This document shows, piece after piece, positions 20,296 to 29,145 of a DNA stretch of 64,000 bases. A model generated the notes under the pieces. It saw only the letters and a list, made by a program, of their open reading frames with translations, did not search any database and was not told where the DNA came from. Origin of the DNA: an uncultured delta proteobacterium (GTDB lineage Bacteria > Desulfobacterota > Binatia > UBA9968); the NCBI GenBank assembly GCA_963811315.1, contig CAWERH010000013.1:134123-198122 (forward strand). Reading direction: 5' to 3'. The translations under genes were made by a program, and so were the position numbers. Positions within the stretch are counted from its first letter, which is position 1. Every line of letters begins with the position of its first letter.

Positions 20296-21588
20296 TTAAA
20301 TAAGTTTATTTGCGCAGGGCGCTACAGGCCTTTTTTCGAACGGTCGGCTACCTGACTCTGCCGGTGGGTGAAGCAGGGTTTGAGCCTGCTCGCGCAAACG
20401 ATTGAAGCGGGCCAGATCCTCTCCGACCAGCCGCCGAGTCTTCGGTATGCGCAGATCGAGAAAGTTAATCTTCGTGCCGCCGTTAAGAAACTCGAAATGC
20501 AGATGCGGACCGGTGGCGTGGCCGGTTTGACCGACATAGCCAATGATGTCACCCGGATCGACGCTCTGACCCCGGCGCAGATTTTCCGCAAAACGGGAAA
20601 AATGAGCATAGCGAGAGGTATAATTTCCGGAATGGCGAATATCCACGACGTTGCCGTAACCGTTGCGCCATCCGACAAACTCGACTCGCCCTCGCCCTAT
20701 CGCTACCACCGGTGTTCCTGCCGGCGCGGCATAGTCGATCGCCATATGCTGCCGCACGGTGCGGAAAATCGGATGTAGCCGGTTGCGATTGAAGGGCGAC
20801 GAGATCCTTGCATAACTCAACGGTGCGCGTAAAAACGACCGGCGCATCGATTCGCCGTTGAGACTATAGTAATCGCCGCTTCCATCCTTGCTCGTGAAGT
20901 AAAGCGCGTTAAAGACATCTCTCCCAGCTTCTATCTCGGCGGCGATAATTCTCCCGGGCGCGCGACGGCCGTCCGAATAGCGGACTTCTTCCACCATCGC
21001 GCTGAAATCGTCGCCGCGCTGAAAGTCGGAGAAAAAGTCGACGTCATATTCAAAGATTTTCGCCAGATCGAGAATCTGCTGCGGCGACAGTCCCGCCTCG
21101 GCGCCACTTTCATACAAGCTGCCTTTGATCGTACCGCGAACGACTCGAGTCTCCCGCATTGCGGGAATATCGTGGCGCTCCGCCGACCAGCCATTTTCGG
21201 TGGCTTTGACGCGAATCAAATTATCGTCGACGACAAATTCCACTCCTCGAACCGTGCGATCTCCAGGATCGAGAACGACGTGAACATTATCTCCGGGACG
21301 AATCTTTCTGGGATTGACGAATGGCCGAACTTTTTCGATCAGCGCGCGCGCCGACGGCGGAGCCACACCAAAACGTTTGAGCACGGTGCCTAGCGTGTCA
21401 CCACTGCGCACCTGCACGCCGATCCGCGATTGCGACGTCAGACTTTCCGCCACTGCGTTTAGCGCCGCTGGTTCAGGTTGACGGAATGGAGGCTCTTCAT
21501 ACGGCGCTCTCAGCAATGGGGCGCATAGCAGCAATACGCGTGGTGGCAATGACAACGCCGGCACAACGACGCAGGAAATTGCCGACAA
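20296..21588 (-). CDS. M23 family metallopeptidase (peptidoglycan DD-endopeptidase-like) with N-terminal LysM/OapA-like region
   Basis: HxxxD...AIDYAAPAGTPVVAIGRGRV...GQTGHATGPHLHFEF M23 signature. Confidence 0.85.
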   Translation of the reverse strand: MSAISCVVVPALSLPPRVLLLCAPLLRAPYEEPPFRQPEPAALNAVAESLTSQSRIGVQVRSGDTLGTVLKRFGVAPPSARALIEKVRPFVNPRKIRPGDNVHVVLDPGDRTVRGVEFVVDDNLIRVKATENGWSAERHDIPAMRETRVVRGTIKGSLYESGAEAGLSPQQILDLAKIFEYDVDFFSDFQRGDDFSAMVEEVRYSDGRRAPGRIIAAEIEAGRDVFNALYFTSKDGSGDYYSLNGESMRRSFLRAPLSYARISSPFNRNRLHPIFRTVRQHMAIDYAAPAGTPVVAIGRGRVEFVGWRNGYGNVVDIRHSGNYTSRYAHFSRFAENLRRGQSVDPGDIIGYVGQTGHATGPHLHFEFLNGGTKINFLDLRIPKTRRLVGEDLARFNRLREQAQTLLHPPAESGSRPFEKRPVAPCANKLI

Positions 21589-21944
21589 AAGTTCTGGTAG
21601 ATTGTCTCGCAGTTTGCTGTAAATCCCGCATCAATAAAAATTCCTTGAATTGTTTTGGCCAATCTATAGAACTCGGACGTTACGGTCAAAGCGATTTGCT
21701 GAAGTTTTTCCAAATTCTTAAATCATTTTAACTAACGATAGGATCATTCTTAGCCCTTGATTCGTCGCATCCGAAGTATTTCCACGCAAGTGTTTCGGCC
21801 GCGTGGCACGATCAATCGATTTTGCCGAGACATTACAGAGCGCATTTTCGGCTCTTGTTGCGGTTTACACTCGCGCGCGTTCGGTTTATATCGAATTCAG
21901 CTAGGCGTAGCCCAACAGCGCCAGGTCGAAAAGGAGTTCATTTC

Positions 21945-23042
21945 ATGCTCTTCTTGACCAACGAACACATTCAGCAAGTCCTCAACATGGAAACCTGCAT
22001 CGCCGCCATGGAGGATGCGTACGGCGAGATTAACGAGCAACGCGCCGGTTATCGCCCGCGCATCGATTTCTACGTGCCGGAGGAGCCGCATTATTATCGC
22101 TGGGGCACGATGGAGGGCGCGTCACGCAAGCTCGGTGTCTTCGCCATTCGAATGAAATCCGACATGCTGGCCTGGGAAGAGCAGGACGGTTTTATGGTCG
22201 AAGACAAATATTGCATGGAACGCGGCCGTTACTGCGGGCTGATTTTTTTACTGAGCACGCGCAACGCGCAACCGCTTGCGCTGATGAATGACGGCTATTT
22301 GCAGCATATGCGGGTCGGCGCTTGCGCCGGCTTGGGGACCAAATACCTCGCCCGAGAAGATTCGACGGTGCTCGCGATGATCGGCTCCGGCGGCATGGCA
22401 CGGACTTACGCCGAAGCCATCAAACTCGTCCGGCCCATCGAAGTCATGCGCGTGTTCAGCCCGACCAAAAATAATCGCGAGGCTTTCGCCGCCGAGATGA
22501 CCGACAAACTCGATATCGAGGTGATCGCCGTCGACTCTCCGGAGAAAGCGCTCAGGGACGCCGATATCGTCTCGCTGACGACGGATTCTCTCGTGCCCGT
22601 GATCAAGGCGGACTGGCTCGAGCCGGGAATGCACATTAATAACGTGCGCAACAACGAGGCCGGCCCCGACGTGCTCGCTCGCGCCGATGTCCGTGCCCGC
22701 CTCGGCACGTCGACGCTGTTCGCCGACCGTAATGCTCCGGAAGTCGTCACCGGCAGCGACGGCATGTTCGGTTACATCGCCGGCAATGCCGCCGAAAAGA
22801 GGAAGATCCCGAAATCACCACATATGGAGATCGACAATCCGAATATCACGACGATCCCCGACATCATGGCCGGACGCCGGCGCGGCCGGATCAACGACCG
22901 GCAAATCACTTTTCTCAACAATCAAGGAACCCAGGGATTGCAATTTGCCGCCGTGGGCGCCGCAGCGTACAACCTGGCAAAAGCCAAAGGGCTGGGGCAC
23001 CCGCTGCCGCTCGAATGGTTTACGCAGAATATACGAGATTAG
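21945..23042 (+). CDS. Ornithine cyclodeaminase / mu-crystallin family protein
   Basis: MLFLTNEHIQQVLNMETCIAAMEDAY...; Rossmann MIGSGGMAR; AAGGAG RBS 8 nt before ATG 21945. Confidence 0.85.
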   Translation: MLFLTNEHIQQVLNMETCIAAMEDAYGEINEQRAGYRPRIDFYVPEEPHYYRWGTMEGASRKLGVFAIRMKSDMLAWEEQDGFMVEDKYCMERGRYCGLIFLLSTRNAQPLALMNDGYLQHMRVGACAGLGTKYLAREDSTVLAMIGSGGMARTYAEAIKLVRPIEVMRVFSPTKNNREAFAAEMTDKLDIEVIAVDSPEKALRDADIVSLTTDSLVPVIKADWLEPGMHINNVRNNEAGPDVLARADVRARLGTSTLFADRNAPEVVTGSDGMFGYIAGNAAEKRKIPKSPHMEIDNPNITTIPDIMAGRRRGRINDRQITFLNNQGTQGLQFAAVGAAAYNLAKAKGLGHPLPLEWFTQNIRD

Positions 23043-23050
23043 GACAAATT

Positions 23051-23138
23051 GGAGTGATGGAGTAATGGAATGTTGGAGCATTGGGTAAGAAGCGATTCGG
23101 CCTCACCCATTACTCCACCACTCCATTACTCCAACTCC
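23051..23138. repeat. Imperfect inverted repeat / hairpin (TGGAGTAATGGA vs TCCATTACTCCA x2)
   Basis: 23058-23069 pairs perfectly with 23122-23133 and 11/12 with 23106-23117; between OCD stop and VOC start. Confidence 0.7.
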
Positions 23139-23167
23139 TTCGAAGTTAAACTAACAAGGAGTTTCAC

Positions 23168-23962
23168 ATGTCCACCCTTCGCTACATCGCTTATCTCGCA
23201 GAAGAGCCGGCGGAACTCGTCGACTTTTACCATCGCTTCCTCGGAACCGAGGAGCTGGGCCGTTCGCCCGAGGGCGATATCACGATCACCGACGGTTTTT
23301 ACAATCTCACTTTCTTCAAGAAGCGCCCCGCCCTCGGCGAGATGCAGATGGACACCGGGTTGCACCATATCGGCTTGCAAGTCGACAATCTCGAAGAGGT
23401 GAAGGGACGCTTCCTGAAATTGAATCCGCGCGGCATGATCATTCAGGAACCGGGCGACCTCCAGCATGGCGAAATTCGCCTGCATGATCCCGAGTGCCGT
23501 CCGGTCTCCGTCTCAACCTCCACCTTCGGCGTCCCGGCGAGCAAAGAGAAGCAGTTCCCACGCGTCCGCCATATCGCCTACAATGCGCTAGATCCTGAAA
23601 TGATGTTACTCTTCTACACGCAGGTGTTTGGCCTGCGCGAAATTCCATCGAGTTATCTGCGCCGCCAACAAGGGCGCGGCAATCGGTTCTGCGCCGATGG
23701 CAAAACCAACCTGGCGATCCATCCGTTCTACAACAAAATCGAAGGCCACGAAGCCAAATACGGCATCAATCACATCGGCTTCCTCACCAACTGCATGCAA
23801 GCCACCATGGCCGAGCTCAGCAGCATTCTCAAAATCGTGCCGCGCCCGGCAAATCGTCCCTACTCAGAATTCCGCTTCCGCGATATCGAAGGGAATGCCT
23901 TAGACCTCTCGCAGACCAAAGGCTGGGAAGTTGACGTCGATAAGTGGGAAACCGCAGCATGA
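23168..23962 (+). CDS. Two-domain VOC (glyoxalase/extradiol-dioxygenase fold) protein
   Basis: MSTLRYIAYLAEEPAELVDFYHRFLG... and second module HIAYNALDPEMMLLFYTQVFGL...; AAGGAG RBS. Confidence 0.8.
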   Translation: MSTLRYIAYLAEEPAELVDFYHRFLGTEELGRSPEGDITITDGFYNLTFFKKRPALGEMQMDTGLHHIGLQVDNLEEVKGRFLKLNPRGMIIQEPGDLQHGEIRLHDPECRPVSVSTSTFGVPASKEKQFPRVRHIAYNALDPEMMLLFYTQVFGLREIPSSYLRRQQGRGNRFCADGKTNLAIHPFYNKIEGHEAKYGINHIGFLTNCMQATMAELSSILKIVPRPANRPYSEFRFRDIEGNALDLSQTKGWEVDVDKWETAA

Positions 23963-25026
23963 GAAAACCTCGGGCCGTGGTGTATTGGAGTGATGGAGCA
24001 ACGGGCAAGGGAAAAGATGATTGCGCGTTGCCTGTTGTCAGTTTGCTCTTTCTGATTGCCGTATTGCTTGGTTCAACGCCGACCCTTTTTGCTGCTGCGA
24101 CGCTGGAGAAACTCACCATCGGCTGGAGCGCCATCGCCGGCTCGCAAGCACCGTTTTGGATCACCAAGGAAGCCGCGCTTTTCGAGAAGAACGGCCTGGA
24201 CGTGACAATGATTTATGTCGACGGAGGATCCAAAGCGACCCAAGCGATGATGTCGGGCGATATGCCGATCGCCCAGGTCGGCGGCAACGCGCCGGTAGTG
24301 GCACGGCTGCGCGGCGCCGATATAACGCTGATTGCTGGACTGCTGAATGTGCTGGCCTACAGCATGGTCGTCTCGCCGGAGATCAAGAAACCGGAAGATC
24401 TCAGGGGCAAGAGACTTTCCGTCAGCCGCTTTGGCTCGAACTCGGACTACGCGACTCGCAAAATTCTACTTAAGTGGGGACTCCGGCCCGACATCGACGT
24501 GGCCGTATTGCAGATTCCCGGCGGCCAACCCGCTCGGCTCGCCGCGATCCAGTCGAAACAGGTCCATGGCATGGTCGCGCAACCGCCGGTGACAAATCTT
24601 GCGCGCAAATTCAACTTAGGAATTATCGCCGAGCCAGCAGATTTCGGCGGTGCCTATCCGACGACACCGGTGGCGGCGCGCATGTCGTTTCTCCGTGAAA
24701 AGCGCGACCTGGCGCGCAAGTTTACCCGAGCATTGCTGGAGGGCATTTACGTTTACAAGACGCAGAAGGATTTCAGTAAGAAAGTGATCGCTAAGTACGT
24801 CAAGACCGACGATAACGACGCACTGGAAGACAGCTACCGGTTTTTCTCACCCCTGGTTCCGCAGAAACCCTACCCTTCGCTCGAAGCCGTCAAGGAAGCC
24901 CTCGCCGAGCTCGGCGAAAAAGACCCAAAGGTCCGATCGGCAAAACCCGAAGATTTCGTCGATGGCAGCCTAATCAGAGAATTCGACGACAACGGCTTTA
25001 TCGACGGGCTCTATAAGCAGCGCTAA
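23959..25026 (+). CDS. NMT1/THI5-like ABC-type periplasmic substrate-binding protein
   Basis: Hydrophobic signal LPVVSLLFLIAVLLGSTPTLFAAA; start uncertain (ATG 23959, GTG 23977/23980); NMT1-like body. Confidence 0.8.
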   Translation: MRKPRAVVYWSDGATGKGKDDCALPVVSLLFLIAVLLGSTPTLFAAATLEKLTIGWSAIAGSQAPFWITKEAALFEKNGLDVTMIYVDGGSKATQAMMSGDMPIAQVGGNAPVVARLRGADITLIAGLLNVLAYSMVVSPEIKKPEDLRGKRLSVSRFGSNSDYATRKILLKWGLRPDIDVAVLQIPGGQPARLAAIQSKQVHGMVAQPPVTNLARKFNLGIIAEPADFGGAYPTTPVAARMSFLREKRDLARKFTRALLEGIYVYKTQKDFSKKVIAKYVKTDDNDALEDSYRFFSPLVPQKPYPSLEAVKEALAELGEKDPKVRSAKPEDFVDGSLIREFDDNGFIDGLYKQR

Positions 25027-25425
25027 GCACCAACTTTGGCGCCGACTCTTCCGTTTTTGTCCAACCTAGAAACACGAAATCAGCGAGAATTTCGTCAAGG
25101 ATCGAGGCTCATGGCTGACTGATCCTGATTTAAAAAAGATCTTAAGATTTCGCGCTCAAATCCTAAATCTTGCAAGGGATATCTTATTCGAGGCATAGGT
25201 GATACAGTTACTTCACACCGAAGATCGTAACGACCTCCTCCTGTTTCTCACCTTAGGATCCGACACGGCGTGTGGGCACTGTACGACGAATTCAATCCTC
25301 GGTTGTCGATACAGTAGACATGAAACATCCGAGCGGACGAATTTTCGTCTGGAATCTGGAACTAGTGACAGCAATACGCAGTTGTGCTTGAAGTCATCCG
25401 GCATCAAGCGGAAATGGAGACTCCA

Positions 25426-25941
25426 ATGACTTTGACGGTTGGCGATAAGGTCGTTTATCCAGGCCGCGGTCCCTGTCTTATTGGTGCGGTGGTTGAGAAA
25501 ATGGTTTGCGGTAGGTTGGCAAGCTATTATCGATTGGCCCTTTTGGACGATAGCAGAGCCGAGTTGTTTGTGCCGGTCGATAAATCCCGCGACATAAATA
25601 TGCGGGCATTGCTGACCCGACTTGAGATTCCCAAGCTGCTCGAGCAGCTCAAGACCGGGGTCCCAATAACAAGAAATCCCGCAGCCAAGAACTGGCGCCA
25701 GCGCGAGCTCGACAATTTGAAACTGTTCCATTCGGGAACCATATTCGAATTAGCGCACATGGTCGAATCGCTCACCAAGTTAGGCATTACCAAGACCCTA
25801 GCAGCACACGAGCGAGAGACGCTATATCGCGCGAGGAAACTCCTGATCTGCGAAATTTCCGAAGTGATGGGCGAAAGCAAAACGGCAGCGGAGGAGCGAA
25901 TTGACAATGTGCTTGAGCCCGACAAGAACAAGCTGAACTAG
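25426..25941 (+). CDS. CarD/CdnL family RNA-polymerase-binding transcription regulator
   Basis: MTLTVGDKVVYPGRGPCLIGAVVEK... (CarD_CdnL_TRCF N-domain GDKVVYPxxG) plus helical C-domain; ~172 aa; lower GC than surroundings. Confidence 0.8.
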   Translation: MTLTVGDKVVYPGRGPCLIGAVVEKMVCGRLASYYRLALLDDSRAELFVPVDKSRDINMRALLTRLEIPKLLEQLKTGVPITRNPAAKNWRQRELDNLKLFHSGTIFELAHMVESLTKLGITKTLAAHERETLYRARKLLICEISEVMGESKTAAEERIDNVLEPDKNKLN

Positions 25942-26107
25942 AGCGTTGAGGCGCCTAAATGACACCAACGATTTCATGATTCGCGAATCTCGCGTGAACG
26001 GATTTTCGGTAATCCGTGCGCGGTGAAACGGCTCGCTCAGCAATAAAAACCGATCCGACATTTGATCGAAGACTCGTTCCAATGTGCCCTGATAACGGAG
26101 GCCGTCA

Positions 26108-26482
26108 ATGGATCGAATAACGCGATTAGCAGTGGCTTCGACTGCGAAGAGTTCACCAACCCTCTACGAGGTCCACGTCGGATGCAATAAATGCGGCGAT
26201 GTCCATAACATGGGTATCACTGTGGTAGTGGAAGACGGCCCCGCCACTAAACAAAACATCAGCGCCCTATACCAAGAGAAAAGCCTGCCGAAGAACCTCG
26301 CAGACCTTGCCAACAACAGTATTAGCTGCCCCAAGACAGGGAGGCAATCCACGCAAAAAAACAACCAGCAAATCTTCTTGGTTCCGACTAAAAGCCTAGT
26401 CCGTCTCTGCGAGGGTTGGGACTGTAAGAGATGGCGAACGGTTTCTACGAGAAGCTTTCGTGTCTATTGGCGATATCTTTAG
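26108..26482 (+). CDS. Hypothetical Cys-rich small protein
   Basis: GGAGG 6 nt before ATG 26108; GCNKCGDVH...SCPKTG...CEGWDCKRW; AT-richer codon usage; 3' end overlaps RlpA-like ORF. Confidence 0.4.
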   Translation: MDRITRLAVASTAKSSPTLYEVHVGCNKCGDVHNMGITVVVEDGPATKQNISALYQEKSLPKNLADLANNSISCPKTGRQSTQKNNQQIFLVPTKSLVRLCEGWDCKRWRTVSTRSFRVYWRYL

Positions 26483-26877
26483 GTCTGCTGCTTTCTCAGG
26501 GCTGCGCCCTATTTCAACGCCCGCCGGATCAGGCATCCGCTCCGCCATCGACAAAACAAAAATCGGCAGCACCGGCGCTATTGCCACAAACCGGCCTAGC
26601 TTCGTGGTATGGAGCGCAACATCAAGGAAAACAGACGGCCAGCGGTACAATTTTTGATCAAGCAGCGCTGACAGCCGCGCATCGAAGTCTACCATTTGGC
26701 AGCAAAGTAAAAGTTACGAATCTCGCCAACGGAAAGTCAGTGGAAGTAGAGATCACCGACCGCGGACCCTTTGCAGAAAATCGCATCATTGACCTGTCGC
26801 AGGCGGCGGCAAAAGCCTTGGAAATGATGGATTCAGGGACGGCCACTGTCCGGATCGAACAGCCCTCAGGGCGGTAG
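26431..26877 (+). CDS. RlpA-like (septal ring lytic transglycosylase family, DPBB domain) lipoprotein
   Basis: Lipobox LLLSQGC; ASWYGAQHQGKQTASGTIFDQAALTAAHRSLPFGSKVKVTNLANGKSVEVEITDRGPF. Confidence 0.75.
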   Translation: MANGFYEKLSCLLAISLGLLLSQGCALFQRPPDQASAPPSTKQKSAAPALLPQTGLASWYGAQHQGKQTASGTIFDQAALTAAHRSLPFGSKVKVTNLANGKSVEVEITDRGPFAENRIIDLSQAAAKALEMMDSGTATVRIEQPSGR

Positions 26878-27001
26878 AAATCGACATGACCCGTCCGACG
26901 GTGTTTGGTAGAGTGCTGGATTTGAAGAATCGGCTTGCCACCTTTCTGAACTCGTGTCAGAAATTAGCATTGTATCCCGCGAATCCGCTCATAACGAACC
27001 T

Positions 27002-28061
27002 ATGAATAGCGTCGAAGTCTTAGTGATCCCGCAGGTGTCGGATCAAATACTCGATCGCATTGCCAGCGTCGATCGTCGGATCAAAGTCGTCGACGCGCGA
27101 GGATGGTTTGACGGTGAATTGCGCACCACGTGGCCGCAGTGGACGGTTGCTCGCTATCTTGGCGATCGCAAATTTCCGGCAACGAGCTTCGATCAGCGTA
27201 ACAGCGTGCTTGCATCGGCCGACGTGATCCTGCTCGGTTGGCCGCCGGTGAAAGATATTCGAGTCCGTGCGCCGCGTTTGAAATGGGTGCATCAAACGCC
27301 GGCAGGAGCGAGCAATCTTCTCGATACCGATCTTTGGGGCTCAGATGTGATCGTCACTACGTCACGCGGGCTGACAAACAGGCGCCCGATGGCCGAATAT
27401 GTATTGGCAAGTTTTCTGCATTTCACACGTGGGCTTCACTTGAGTTACCGTGACCGGCAGCGCCATCGGTTTGATCATAGAGCTTACGATGCGGTGGTTA
27501 TCCGAGACAAAACGGTCTGCGTCGTCGGTGCGGGCGGCATCGGCCAGGAAGTGGGCAAGCTCTGCGCCGCTGCCGGGATGCGGGTCGTCGGCACGCGCCG
27601 GGAAGTCGCTAATGGCTCTGCCTTACCCCCGGGCTTTGCGCGGTTAGAAAGCCCTGAAGCACTGCACGAATTGCTGCGCCAGAGCGAATTCGTCGCAGTT
27701 TGTTGCCCTTGGACTAAGGAAACGAACCATCTCATCGACGACGGGGCTTTCAGCGCGATGAAGCCGGAAAGCGTTTTAGTCAACCTCTCGCGCGGCGAGA
27801 TCATCGATAGAGACGCTCTTCTAAAGGCATTATCGGAAGACAAACTGCGGGGCGTCGCTCTGGATGTCTATGAGGGGGAATTCGACCGCGCTCCGGACCC
27901 GCGATTGTGGGACGACGACCGCGTCGTGATCACACCCCACGTATCAGCGGTGACCGACGTTTCCGAACATCAGGGTGTTAAATTATTCTGTGACAATTTG
28001 CTGCTGCTATCTGGAAGGTCGACCACTGGAAAACGTGATCGACTGGGGACGTGGTTACTAA
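27002..28061 (+). CDS. D-isomer-specific 2-hydroxyacid dehydrogenase family protein (NAD-binding), frame-shifted near 28000
   Basis: VVGAGGIGQEVGKLCAAAGMRVVG GxGxxG; catalytic R..E..H region; true C-terminus YLEGRPLENVIDWGRGY* (TAA 28059-28061) is in another frame from ...CDNLLLL. Confidence 0.7.
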
Positions 28062-28090
28062 GGCTCCTTCGAGAGCAATCCTCAGGTCCG

Positions 28091-28594
28091 TTACGACTCG
28101 TCATTCAGAAAACTCAGCAATTCAAATCGATCGCGGCCCATGAATCGACCTTCGATTCTGACGCGATCCCCATCTTTCAGCCTGCGCAAACGCTCACGAT
28201 CGGAATCCCGCGCGCTCTCCGAAAGCACGACTAGAACCGGCTGGCTTTGCTGATCATCCAAGTCGAAGGAGTTGCCCCTCACATCGATTCGATCCACTCT
28301 CCCGGACAGCGTCTGGATCCGCGATGCGGCGCTCGGACCTTCGGAGCGGCTCTGTTCCCTGACGTTTTCTTGAACGCGAATCAAGTCTGTATAGGAATCA
28401 CCGCGCGCGTCCCGTTTTACTTGCAGGGCGACGACATCGCCTGTTTCTAAGCGGGTTAACGGATATTCACGGCCCCGATAAAGTACTTTCGCATCCGCGC
28501 TATAGGCAATGACCCGGCGGTCGCTGTCGTCCGGACGTAAATAGATTCGTCGAGAAGCAAAGTCGACACGTTCGATTTCAGCCGCGGACATCAC
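28091..28594 (-). CDS. Hypothetical protein with two repeated beta-rich modules (possibly a lipoprotein if joined to upstream 38-codon signal-peptide ORF)
   Basis: 167 aa; upstream mini-ORF 28600-28713 encodes MKFLHRVVPILALAMPLIGVAGC (lipobox) and ends in a different frame, overlapping this gene's start. Confidence 0.45.
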   Translation of the reverse strand: MMSAAEIERVDFASRRIYLRPDDSDRRVIAYSADAKVLYRGREYPLTRLETGDVVALQVKRDARGDSYTDLIRVQENVREQSRSEGPSAASRIQTLSGRVDRIDVRGNSFDLDDQQSQPVLVVLSESARDSDRERLRRLKDGDRVRIEGRFMGRDRFELLSFLNDES

Positions 28595-28721
28595 TCTCTC
28601 CTTCCGCGATCGTCGGCCGCCCGATCAACGCGATATTTTCCATGCAGCCGGCGACGCCGATCAACGGCATCGCCAGCGCAAGAATCGGGACGACCCGGTG
28701 CAAGAACTTCATGACCAATTG

Positions 28722-28949
28722 CTAATAGATGATCGAGCCCTTCTCGATTTGGGCCTTGCGGGACTCGTATTCTCTGCGAGAAATTCTTTCGCTTCGGTAG
28801 TCGTCTTCAAGCTTATCCATTTGGCTTTTCGCGTTGATTTCGTAGCCGGCGCCGGTCGCTAAAGTCCCTAACGCCGCGCCGCCGAGAAACGCGCAACCGC
28901 TTTGTGCAACACCGATCAAGAGCACTGCCGCCAAAAATAATCTCTTCAT
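28722..28949 (-). CDS. Small glycine-zipper lipoprotein
   Basis: MKRLFLAAVLLIGVAQSGCAFLGGAALGTLATGAGY. Confidence 0.5.
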   Translation of the reverse strand: MKRLFLAAVLLIGVAQSGCAFLGGAALGTLATGAGYEINAKSQMDKLEDDYRSERISRREYESRKAQIEKGSIIY

Positions 28950-29145
28950 ATAAATAAACCTCCAAGTCAGATTTACCGATTTGATTCATGCCTTAGCGCA
29001 AGGGATGTGCCATCATTGGAGAGAAGAAGAAATTCTAATTAATTAGGCGACTTCGCGAATGAGTTGCGCAGTGGCAGGCAGTAAATTTCCTACAAACATG
29101 TCGGCATTTACGCCCAAACAGAATACGATGGCTAAGTCGATCTGG

